The position numbers and the translations under genes are program-made. The notes beneath the pieces were generated by a model that did no database searches, was not told the DNA's origin, and saw only the letters and a list, made by a program, of their open reading frames with translations. 33,051 nucleotides of DNA from Octopus sinensis. Taxonomy: Eukaryota. This document shows positions 10,280-21,467 of the stretch, in pieces; the first letter of the stretch is position 1; every line of letters starts with the position of its first letter. The stretch covers positions 1 through 33,051 of the forward strand of contig NW_021832110.1 in the NCBI RefSeq assembly GCF_006345805.1, given 5' to 3'.

Positions 10280-12546
10280 GCAGGGTCGTTGTTTATTTAT
10301 AGTATATTCAGGCCTGCTGATGATTACGTAAGTATGAAATCACTGTGATACAGGTCTATATATTTTTAAATGTCTTTCTTTGAAAAATTGCATTCGGTGG
10401 GATTAGTAATATTTTTGGTAGAAATGACTGATTGTCCCTCTTAGCGTATGGCGTGTATGTAGAATGCCTCCTGGCATGTATGTATAATGCCCTCTATATA
10501 TAAATTAATATGTTCAATAAGAAATAATTATTTTCGAAATTTTTTCTCTTATGAGGTTTTTACGCTATCTACCTGACAATTTTTGTTAAGTTTTCCTTAT
10601 TAAGTAGTTGTCCTTAATTGCTAAATTTTTATTCCGAAAAAACTTTTCCTCTCCCGAAATGCAATTCGTAAAAGTTTGCCATTCATCCGGATATAGTATA
10701 TATAAACTCAACCATGTGCCTCGTTGATGTTGATCAGTTAGCTGATCGGCTTAAGCGAAGCGGGGTCGTTGTTTATTTATAGTATATTCAGGCCTGCTGA
10801 TGATTACGTAAGTATGAAATCACTGTGATACAGGTCTATATATTTTTAAATGTCTTTCTTTGAAAAATTGCATTCGGTGGGATTAGTAATATTTTTGGTA
10901 GAAATGACTGATTGTCCCTCTTAGCGTATGGCGTGTATGTAGAATGCCTCCTGGCATGTATGTATAATGCCCTCTATATATAAATTATATGTTCAATAAG
11001 AAATAATTATTTTCGAAATTTTTTCTCTTATGAGGTTTTTACGCTATCTACCTGACAATTTCTTGTTAAGTTTTCCTTATTAAGTAGTTGTCCTTTTGCT
11101 AAATTTTTATTCCGAAAAAACTTTTCCTCTCCCGAAATGCAATTCGTAAAAGTTTGCCATTCATCCGGATATAGTATATATAAACTCAACCATGTGCCTC
11201 CTCGTTGATGTTGATCAGTTAGCTGATCGGCTTAAGCGAAGCGGGGTCGTTGTTTATTTATAGTATATTCAGGCCTGCTGATGATTACGTAAGTATGAAA
11301 TCACTGTGATACAGGTCTATATATTTTTAAATGTCTTTCTTTGAAAAATTGCATTCGGTGGGATTAGTAATATTTTTGGTAGAAATGACTGATTGTCCCT
11401 CTTAGCGTATGGCGTGTATGTAGAATGCCTCCTGGCATGTATGTATAATGCCCTCTATATATAAATTAATATGTTCAATAAGAAATAATTATTTTCGAAA
11501 TTTTTTCTCTTATGAGGTTTTTACGCTATCTACCTGACAATTTCTTGTTAAGTTTTCCTTATTAAGTAGTTGTCCTTAATTGCTAAATTTTTATTCCGAA
11601 AAAACTTTTCCTCTCCCGAAATGCAATTCGTAAAAGTTTGCCATTCATCCGGATATAGTATATATAAACTCAACCATGTGCCTCGTTGATGTTGATCAGT
11701 TAGCTGATCGGCTTAAGCGAAGCGGGGTCGTTGTTTATTTATAGTATATTCAGGCCTGCTGATGATTACGTAAGTATGAAATCACTGTGATACAGGTCTA
11801 TATATTTTTAAATGTCTTTCTTTGAAAAATTGCATTCGGTGGGATTAGTAATATTTTTGGTAGAAATGACTGATTGTCCCTCTTAGCGTATGGCGTGTAT
11901 GTAGAATGCCTCCTGGCATGTATGTATAATGCCCTCTATATATAAATTAATATGTTCAATAAGAAATAATTATTTTCGAAATTTTTTCTCTTATGAGGTT
12001 TTTACGCTATCTACCTGACAATTTCTTGTTAAGTTTTCCTTATTAAGTAGTTGTCCTTAATTGCTAAATTTTTATTCCGAAAAAACTTTTCCTCTCCCGA
12101 AATGCAATTCGTAAAAGTTTGCCATTCATCCGGATATAGTATATATAAACTCAACCATGTGCCTCGTTGATGTTGATCAGTTAGCTGATCGGCTTAAGCG
12201 AAGCGGGGTCGTTGTTTATTTATAGTATATTCAGGCCTGCTGATGATTACGTAAGTATGAAATCACTGTGATACAGGTCTATATATTTTTAAATGTCTTT
12301 CTTTGAAAAATTGCATTCGGTGGGATTAGTAATATTTTTGGTAGAAATGACTGATTGTCCCTCTAGCGTATGGCGTGTATGTAGAATGCCTCCTGGCATG
12401 TATGTATAATGCCCTCTATATATAAATTAATATGTTCAATAAGAAATAATTATTTTCGAAATTTTTTCTCTTATGAGGTTTTTACGCTATCTACCTGACA
12501 ATTTCTTGTTAAGTTTTCCTTATTAAGTAGTTGTCCTTAATTGCTA
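10276..12546 (+). repeat. Right arm of the same array in inverted orientation (about 4.7 units), hammerhead-sense on the plus strand
   Basis: Exact reverse complement of the left-arm unit; motif spacing 480, 481, 481, 481 bp; ends in (TA)n at about 12546. Confidence 0.95.
10310..10357 (+). ncRNA. Type I hammerhead ribozyme motif; further plus-strand copies at 10790-10837, 11271-11318, 11752-11799 and 12233-12280
   Basis: AGGCCTG-CTGATGA-T-TAC-GTAA-GTA-T-GAA-ATCAC-T-GTGAT-A/CAGGTCT: stem I 7 bp (one G-U), canonical CUGAUGA and GAAA core, stem II 3 bp plus GNRA loop, stem III 5 bp, predicted cleavage after A10350. Confidence 0.85.
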
Positions 12547-12630
12547 TATATATATATAATATATAATATATATATACATACATAAATATATATGTATATC
12601 TATATAAGTGTATGTGTGTATAAAGTCAAT

Positions 12631-12777
12631 GGCGTGTCTGCGTAATAAGAAGCTTGATTTCAAACCACATGGAGTAGTGGTCAATGTTAATATGTGCTAT
12701 CTTCACCAAGTGTCCAATTCTATATAACTCGTGTCGTGAGTCGATTTTGTTGTCAGAAACTGAAAGAGGCCTGTCTT
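12631..12777 (+). mobile_element. Degenerate SINE fragment
   Basis: AAGAAGCTTG...CAAACCACATGG...GAAACTGAAAGAGGCCTGTC followed by (TA)/(TG) tails resembles a common octopus tRNA-derived SINE as I recall it; a second fragment lies near 20465-20555. Confidence 0.5.
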
Positions 12778-13099
12778 ATATATATACATGGGTGTATGAA
12801 TGTGTGTGAGCTTTAATTATTGTGGTTCTAATAGTCCCTGGAGATATTCCGTCCCCGTAACTTAACACTTCCTCAAAAGAAACCGATATAATAAGTAACA
12901 GACTTTCAAAATTTAAATACAGTGGAGAATATATTTGAATAAAATACCTTCTAGGAGGGTTGCCAGGATAGCTGCTGATTAATGACTTGAATAATTGGAA
13001 AATAATATTCTCTATATATATATATGGTTGAGTGTATGTATGTGAGTGTGTATATATGATATATACTGGTATGCATGGGTATACGTATGCATGTATATA

Positions 13100-13153
<54 letters not shown>

Positions 13154-13516
13154 TGTGCTTACACACACATACATATATATATATTTATATATAACTAAGA
13201 GACAGACCCTCCGTAAATTAATCCAATTAATAATGAAAGATATTATCTATAATAAAATATAAATATAATTATATTATTAATAATATACTAAAACATACTA
13301 TACTAAATTATGCCCATTAAATTAACGAGGCGCGTTTCGTAACCATATATTTAAATCGACTTAATCAAAATTGATAATATGAAAAATGAATATTTCTTCG
13401 AACCAATGACACATATCTACTCTTCAGGTCTAAATAGCATAAAATAAATTTGCAACATAAGTGAAGACATCGAAATTAACCCCTTAATTCCATATATATA
13501 TATATATATATATATA

Positions 13517-13918
13517 TAACTGAAATGCGTTTTTACAGCTTGGATTGCTTTCAATGCCACTACATCCCGTCCGATTCGCTCCAAAATTTACAGGGACATG
13601 TAGAAAGAAGTGACGATGCTCGTGGGCTACCTTAGAAATCCCTAGCTTAAAAGGTGTGGTTGCTAGGGTACATCTTCCTCACTCACGCTATTTCCTCCTT
13701 TCCCTCTCTTACTTCCCTTCATTAATAACTTTGAGAATGCCACTCCCGTTATTTAATGTATTCCCCTCAACTCCATTTCACTTTCCCTTTATAAGTTCGT
13801 CAGGCGGCTTTCTTTGATGTATCTGTTTGCATTCATAGGGAGAATTATCATCGCTACCAACAACACACAATCATGAGAACAAATATTATGAATCAGATAT
13901 TCTTGCGTTCATTTATAT
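13517..13918 (+). repeat. ~400-bp dispersed repeat, copy 1 (possibly a Helitron-derived 5' segment)
   Basis: Reverse complement of 22097-22502 along its whole length with scattered substitutions. Confidence 0.85.
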
Positions 13919-14095
13919 GTGTGTGTGTGTGTGTTCTATATATAAATATGTATATATAATGTATGTGTGTGTGTGTTCTATATATAAATATGTATATATA
14001 ATGTATGTGTGTGCCTGTGTTCTATATATAAATATGTATATATAATGTATGTGTGTGTGTGTTCTATATATAAATATGTATATATAATGTATATA
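13919..14095. repeat. Minisatellite, ~42-44-bp unit (GTGTGTGTTCTATATATAAATATGTATATATAATGTAT) x4
   Basis: Four consecutive near-identical units visible directly. Confidence 0.85.
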
Positions 14096-14378
14096 TACAA
14101 AGTGTATATATCTTTATGTATATTAAACTTTATCATACGTTTTCATAGTTATATATATTTTTAAACAAATTATAAATATAATTTAATAATTTTTATTTTC
14201 AATTTAAATAATTTACATTTTTCAATTTTATGTTTTATATATTTTATATATTATATATTTTTTTTAATGTTTTTGTTTTTGGTTTTTCACTGTTTGATTT
14301 TCCTATTAGTGGTTTTATCCCTAATTTAATTTATACAGATATATATCTCATTTGTATACATTTGTATATATAATGCGT

Positions 14379-14469
<91 letters not shown>

Positions 14470-15288
14470 TATATATAATGTGTACATTACGTATTCGATC
14501 GATTCAGCTGAAAATATGCACACCTATGTTGAAAGTGCTGGCAAGTTTGCATGACAACTATTTTTTCCTCCAATGAAAGGCGTCACCTCTAGGACAAAAT
14601 TCCTCATCTTATAAAATGTGGCCCCAGTAGACCCGAATGAAATCGGGTTATATTAACCAAAATGTGAAAAGCGGTATAAATGGGGCTGGAAGGGGATTAA
14701 AATTTCAAGGAGCGGGTGTTTAGGAATTCTCTGTTACATCAAGCTTAAAAATTTGCGCCAGGCTTTTAATCGTCAATGTGTTGCCGTCCATGATAAAGAG
14801 GTTTTGAATGCTTGCCATGGTGAGTCTACTGTCGTTAGAAAGTATCACTTCAAAACTAGGTGTTTACGAATTTTCTTTTACATCAAGTTCAAAATTTTAC
14901 GCCAGCCGTTAAACTGTCAATACGTTGCTGCCCGTCGTTAAGAAATGCCAGTCATGGTGACTCTACTATCCTCACATTCTATCCCTTCAAACTTTGCTTT
15001 CCAATATTTTATTATTTTTATTCAGCTCGCAAGTTCGTCTGTCCCTTTTATATGTTAGCGTTTTGCTGTCTGCCTTCAAGCAGACCTTTCCGTTGCCACT
15101 GCTTCCTATTTATGATTGATTTTCTAAGTATTTTATTTCTAGACTTACTCAAGATCTTTCGTTGTTTATAAATGGGAGAGAGATAGATAAAGATAGAGAA
15201 TAAGAGAAAGCGAGGGAGAGTCCGAGAGAAAAGAAAAGTAAGAGAGTGGGAAAGTGAGAGAGAAAGGAGAGAGAAACAAAGAGGGAGA

Positions 15289-15601
15289 ATCATCATCATC
15301 ATCAACATCGTCCAACGTCCCTTTTCCGTGCTAGCACGGGTTGGATAGTTTGACCGGGGTCTGGGAAGCCAGGAGGCTGCACCAGGCTCCAGTCTGATCT
15401 GGCAGTGTTTCTACAGGTGGATGATCTTCCTAACGCCAACCACTCTGTGAGTGTAGTGGGTGCTTTTTTCGTGCCGCCGGCACAGGTGCCTGGAGGGCTC
15501 GCAGCGGCAATGATCGGTTGGTGCTTTTTACGTGCCACCGGCACAGAAGCAAGTCAAGGCGGCGCTGCAATCGGCCGCGTTCGGATGGTGCTTGTTACAT
15601 G
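15289..15601 (-). mobile_element. RTE-type LINE 3' end or SINE-like repeat with (GAT)n tail
   Basis: GC-rich block starting with (CAT)n on the plus strand; internal repeat GGTGCTTTTT(T/A)CGTGCC(G/A)CCGGCAC. Family assignment is from recall. Confidence 0.5.
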
Positions 15602-15638
15602 CTGAAAGGAAGCAACAGAAAGTAACAACCACACTCTT

Positions 15639-15670
15639 ACCCGCGCATAGAGTGGGTCACCTTCAGCTAG
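15639..15670 (+). mobile_element. Helitron-like 3' terminus
   Basis: GC hairpin ACCCGC-GCATAGA-GTGGGT, then 9 nt, then CTAG followed by T. Confidence 0.55.
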
Positions 15671-15799
15671 TATATATATATATATAAATATATGCATATA
15701 ATTCTTATGCACATAGGTATACACACAATAACGCACAAAAATACGCACTCATTCTTACAGCCACGCACGCAGACATAATGGCACACACACAGACACACA

Positions 15800-15833
<34 letters not shown>

Positions 15834-16166
15834 GAACACGAAACACATTCGGAACACAACACACACTTAGTGTGATTGATATACTTTCATAAAGTGCAGC
15901 AAGGTTTACTATGAGAAAAGGAAAGAAGTAAGCAATTAGAGAGCGAACTTTTCGCCTTCTGTCACAGAATTTGAAATTTATTGATTTATTCGAGAACAAG
16001 TTTAGAAAACACATCAGAGGTTCGAAGTTTTATCATTTTTACCCAATCAGAAAACAAGATTTGGAAGCTAAGCTGTTTGTGTGTGAACACTTGTATCATA
16101 AAGTAGAAGTAGGAGATTTTAAACAAAATGAAAGCAATGATTGATTTTTAATTCACATACAGAGAG

Positions 16167-16201
<35 letters not shown>

Positions 16202-16899
16202 TGAGAGAGAGAGAGAGGAGAGAGAGCATCAAATAGTATGGCAAATATAAGATACATGGGTAGTGAAAGATATAGAGTAGGAGGTTGAGATCTCAAAGTT
16301 GGGTTATTTCACGTGGAGGATTATGATATTTATTATATTTTATGGACGATGTTTACCTTGGAAATCGGATTTCGAAAATCAAATTCGTTTTACTCGAGGA
16401 CGCAAAGTTTCAGAGGCTCGCAGGTCTAAAAACACAAAAAAACACATACACCCGTATTTATATAGTGTATATATAGCGTATGCATTTCTGTATGTGTGTG
16501 TGTATGTATGTATATATGTATGTATATATGTATATACGTATGTATGCATGTATGTATTTTTGTATGTATGTATGTGTGTATATTTGTGTGTATAAATGTA
16601 TGTATGTATGCATGAATGTATGTATATATATATTATTATTATATATATATATATACATATATATATATGTATATATAGTAGAAATATGTTATATATATAT
16701 ATATACATATATATTAGAAATATGTTACAAGAAGAAAAAAGAAAATACACGTGTAAATGTAAGGGGAAAATATGAAAAATCAACGAAAATGCACATTGTA
16801 AATATAACAAAAAAAAACTTTTTATGAAAGGTAATGACAGATATATACCTTTAGATGGACTGAGGTAGAAATAAGAGTCACACGATTCATTATTATGAG

Positions 16900-19200
16900 A
16901 TGATTAAAGAGTCAGAAAGCATACCATGCTTTCGTCATAAGCCATTCATTGCTTTGAATGAACAGAGGCTAATGAACCGTGTTAGGTCTAATAGTGCCTG
17001 AATAAAAAGATTATTTGTAAGGGAGGTAAGTAGTTCTGGATTTTGTGCAGTATGGTTAGATATAGAATTTGAATCTGAATTTTGTAAGGAATGTATAGTG
17101 GTTTATGGTGTTAATTGAAGGGATAGTAGTGTTCTGTATTAAGTTGTGTCTTAGTATTCAGTTGGGGAAGATATTTATTGATAAAAATTGCCTAATTATT
17201 CAACCTTTGTTGCATTGATGTGTTCTGTGAACATTGATTAATGTGGAAAATTTGGAAATTAGGATTAAGATTCCTAGCACACCTTTCTACGTGTTCACTA
17301 AGCTGTCACTGTCTGTATTGTGGTTGGGGAATTTGTTTCTTGTGAACTGTGGTTCTTCAACGGAGTGATATTCCTGTTTGTCTTATATAGTGGTTACCAC
17401 ATCCTAAGCATGTCATGGTATAGATCAGATTTTACGAGTGCCAGGTGCAATTTGAATTGATCTTAAATATTTCCTCTTGTTTGAAGTGGATTTCTGAATC
17501 CTCCAAAAGGTTGGGACATGTTCCACGGGTGAGACGACCACATATTTTCTCTTTTGGAGCTGTTGTTAGTAGATATAGTCTTGCGCTGGTTAATTGTCTT
17601 TCAATGAATTCGGTTGTAGTTTGCTTTTTTAAATTTTGTATGAGCTTAAAATTTCCTTCGTTGTTTTGTCTCCTGTGAGGATGGGAAGATTTTGGCTGAT
17701 AATATTGAAGGCTTCGTTGTTTCTAGGGTTATGTGTGGAAATCTACGGGAGTATTTCTTAAGTCTGTTTTAGTATTTCGGCTGGCATGCTTTAATATTTG
17801 TATATCTATTTCCTTAGCTCTTTTAATGTCTTTTAGTTAGTGTTGATCTAATTTCAAGGAGTCTTATTCACGAGTATATGTATCCGAAAATATGGTACAG
17901 ATTATTTTCGCTAGATTAAAAGGTGTATTAATTTTTATGTGTTTGGGGTGTCAAACAATAGGTATTGTCTAGAATCTGTGGGTTTATAAGAGAAGTCTGA
18001 TTCTATTTGGCTGTTAACTATTTTAAATAAGATGTCCAGAAAAGGGAGATGTTTACTGTTGTGTTCCATAGTGATTTGTATATTGCTATGTATGTTGTTA
18101 AGCATTACTTTCAAATCAAGGAGTTTGTCCATGCTGTATTTCCAAAGTATGAAGCAATCATCCAAATACCTCATCCAGTTCTCCTATAAATATCAATTAA
18201 AAGAGGCGCCATAATTTTCTAGTGATGATTGGTATAACTTCAGTTCTAGGTAACCCATTTCAACGTTTGAAATCACTGGAGCAGCTCTGGTTTCCATTGC
18301 AATTCCACATTTTTGTCGATAGTAAGTTGTGTCGAACATGAAATAGTTGTTCAGCAGGATGAATTTGAGTGCTTCGATTATGATTCTGTGGTTTATGCAT
18401 CCTGAGATCTCTTCTGCGTATTTTTCAGTGACTGCTTCTATACCATAGTCGTGTGGGATATTGGTGTACAGATTCACCACATCGAAAGATACCAGCAGCG
18501 TTCCTTCCTTTACTGTATTCGGGAGGTGGTTCGGCATGTCTAGGTCATCCCTGATAAAGCTTTTCACATATTTTTAAAAAACGTTTTGAGTAAGATGTCG
18601 AGGAAGTTGCTCAAATAGTGGGTTTCACAAGAAGGGCCACCTATGAGAGGTCTCAGTTTGAGGTCAGTAGGGGGAGGGACATTAATGCATAGGCTTGTAG
18701 AGATTTTGCAGGCTTCAGAAATGTGTGGATTTTTATGTATTTTGGGTAATCCGTAGAATAGACTAAGACTGTATTTAAAATTGGGTAAAAAGTCTATTTC
18801 AAGGTTAGTGCGACCCTTTCTATGAATTTGGAGTAAGGAGGGCAAGTTTTTCAGTGTTTACTGTGGGTGGTTATGTATTAATTTCTCATAGTAAATATTA
18901 CTTTCCAACATGGAATGTATTAAATTTGTGTAGTATTCTGTATTCATCACTACTACCGCACTTCCGTTGTCGGCTTCTTTGGAATACGTTGAATTTGGAA
19001 TTTATGAGGCAAAAGTATTGGTGTAGAGTTTAGCCAGCGTTCGTAGATTTCTGCCTTGTGGTTGTTTTTAATCGTATTCCAGAAAGAAAAGTTTCTGGCT
19101 TTACGGTTTTTCATTCCATATGTGGATAAGGCGGCTTTTGATAGATAGTGTGGAGGGATTGCTATCTTGTGTATCATCTATTGGAGGATTTACCAGTAGC
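16900..19200 (-). pseudogene. Decayed Penelope-like element (RT plus GIY-YIG endonuclease)
   Basis: Broken frames read FYGLPKIHK, LRPLIGG, LVSFDVVNLYTNIP, YYRQKCGIAM, RYLDDCF, LPFLDI, YKPTDS; a CLGCGNHYI-type GIY-YIG remnant lies at about 17150-17420. Confidence 0.88.
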
Positions 19201-19300
19201 ACTCAAGAGCATCCTCACACAAAACACACACGCACACAACACACACACACACGCGCGCACACACACACAAACACACACACACATATATATATATTATGTA

Positions 19301-20404
19301 CAGGTTACAGTAAATATAGTGTCGGCTTAATTACGCAAAAATGAAAAAACACTGACATCCCATTTTAACAGGTATATTTACCAAAATAACAGAAAAATAT
19401 CTTGAAAGTAAATGTATTCAATAAATTCGCTATTGGCTTCAACCACGTCTTCCGGTCAGCTTCGGAATCTCCTGCAACTCCTCTCGACGGTCACCTTGTT
19501 TAATTTCGTGAATACTGCCATAATCCTTGTATTCAGTTTATCTTTGATGTTACAAGGGGTTTTGCTGACCTCTCAGTCAACTGCGCACTATGCATGATAA
19601 TCAAGAGGGTTCCAGTTTGGGGAGTTAGATGGCGTGACTTTAGGGGTGATGTGGTCGCAAAATTTGTCTGACAGCCATGGCTGGGTTCTGCTGGTTGTAT
19701 GACATGGTACAGAGTCTCCCTGCTAGAGATAGGATCTTCCAGCAGCCACCCCATTGCTCCAGGGAAGCACGACCATCTCCAGGCACTTGATGTTGACCTC
19801 CGTCTGAAACCTATTTCTTTACTACCAACAAGGGGCTAAACACAGAGAGGACAAACAAGGACAGACAAACGGATTAAGTCGATTATATCGACCCCAGTGC
19901 GTAACTGGTACTTATTTACTCGACGCCGAAAGAATGAAAGGCAAAGTCGACCTCGGCGGAATTTGAAATCAGAACGTAGCGGTAGACGAAATACCGCTAA
20001 GCATTTCGCCCGACGTGCTAACGTTTCTGCCAGCTCGCCGCCTAAATTCTGAAACCGTGAATGAAAGCATAATCCCCATCACAAGCGATCGTTCCAAACA
20101 CCATGATGTTGACTGGATTTTGATTTTTATCAGTCGGTGTACATGTCCTTGGATTGCACATTCCTCAGACTGACACCCAAACACTCTGAAATGTTCATAT
20201 TAGATCTTTCGGCGCGAATGCCAAGCAGTACAGCATGTCGTTTCAAAAAGTTATGGCAGAGTGACTTACGCCATGGTGCTGTTTTTTCTCACAGACGGTA
20301 CCCAACTGATCATACTATACTGAGAGGTAGACAAAAGTCAAAAACAAAGAATGCGCATGCGCGAAATTAAAAAGGTAATGATGACAATTTCGTGTTGCAA
20401 CCTG
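19301..20404 (-). mobile_element. Internally deleted Tc1/mariner transposon remnant with degenerate TIRs, interrupted by a SINE
   Basis: Ends TA-CAGGTT... and ...AACCTG-TA. Minus-strand remnants read RHAVLLGIRA, VNIMVFG, IKCLEMVVLPW, NSPNWNPLDY and RSCRRFRS. Confidence 0.75.
19812..20047 (-). mobile_element. tRNA-derived SINE with 9-bp target-site duplication
   Basis: Minus strand begins AGGCGGCGAGCTGGCAGAAACGTTAGCAC (A-box-like) with a B-box-like GTTCTGATTTCAAATTCC; TSD TCTGAAACC at 19803-19811 and 20048-20056. The central GCCTTTCATT...GGCGTCGAG...AAGTACCAG resembles the Meta-SINE domain (from recall). Confidence 0.8.
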
Positions 20405-20559
20405 TATATATATATGTACATACGATTAGGTGTTGGCATGAATGTGATATAGTATTTTCTACTGTATTCAGTCCCACTGCGTGTACTCTGGCTTACATCA
20501 CAACAAACTCGTGTATATTTGTTCAAGGTAACTAAAAGAAACCCATCGTATACATACAA

Positions 20560-21047
20560 AGTGGAATCGTAATGTTCCTGGATGAGTTATGTTTAATAAA
20601 ACATCCTTGAAAAGCTTTAAAATGTCTAAATTGATCCCTCTTTTGAACTTGGGGTTCGAATTCTCAATGCACAACCCGATGATGTAGAAACAATATTGAA
20701 AATGATCATGATTAAGCTGTCATTCTCTCGTACACCTGTGCACTCGAAACATTATGTACGACCCATTGTCTCATCGCTATAAGCTTGCCGAATAATGCTC
20801 CATCTCTCTATAGCAGACTTCCCAATTTTTACGAAAAATTTCATGTTGGTTCTTTCGTCCATACCCGCCCTGTTCATACACGTCATCACAAAAATACAAA
20901 TTCCACATCGTGTGAAGTATACACATCGATGTTACTCAGCATACTGCTTCGTGAAGGTCACTGCTCGCTATCATCGTGCTTACAATTGTGTGCATCCAAG
21001 CGTTTGCGCGCAATAGAGTTTGTCCGTGAAATTTTGATACAACCGCG
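20560..21047 (-). mobile_element. Mariner-type transposon 5' fragment
   Basis: Minus-strand MDERTNMKFFVKIGKSAIERWSIIRQAYSDETMGRT from 20862 matches the mariner N-terminal HTH pattern; TIR-like TA-CGCGGTTGTATCAAAATTTC at the right end. Confidence 0.7.
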
Positions 21048-21393
21048 TAATATATTATATATATATTATATATATAATATATATATATATATATATTATA
21101 TATTATACATATATATACAAGCAGTAATAATTGTCGTCGATCGGGTAATTCTACTGTTTCTCTCGGGACAAAAACTTGAAAATGGGTATTTCATATAGAA
21201 AAATAGCTTTACGGTATCCAGGTCCACTATTTATGGACAACCTATAATTCGGGATTGGGAAATTTGAAAATGAAATTCGTAAGCAATCATAGATAACCAC
21301 ATACACTTGCATTTATACATACATATATGTTTTTTATGTGTATATATCTGTATGTGTGTGTGTGTGTATGTGTTGTGTGCGTGAGCGTGTGTT

Positions 21394-21467
<74 letters not shown>

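Noticed and set aside
6958-12546. Array as CRISPR, 5S/tRNA/snRNA/histone cluster or coding repeat
   Set aside because: Units are near-identical with no unique spacers, there is no recognisable structural RNA gene or cloverleaf, and no ORF of 60 aa or more.
13325-13435. Possible hammerhead with long stem II on the minus strand (CTGAAGAGTA...TACGAAACGCG)
   Set aside because: The cleavage triplet and stem I partner are missing and the ~75-nt insert is not clearly paired.
15300-15605. GC-rich island as a host exon (ORFs 15302-15544 and 15405-15605)
   Set aside because: It has internal direct repeats and a (CAT)n tail typical of a retroposed repeat, and no protein motif.
12776-16827. Tyr/Ile/His/Thr-rich ORFs in the ORF track
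   Set aside because: They are translations of (TA)n, (CA)n and (TATG)n microsatellites.
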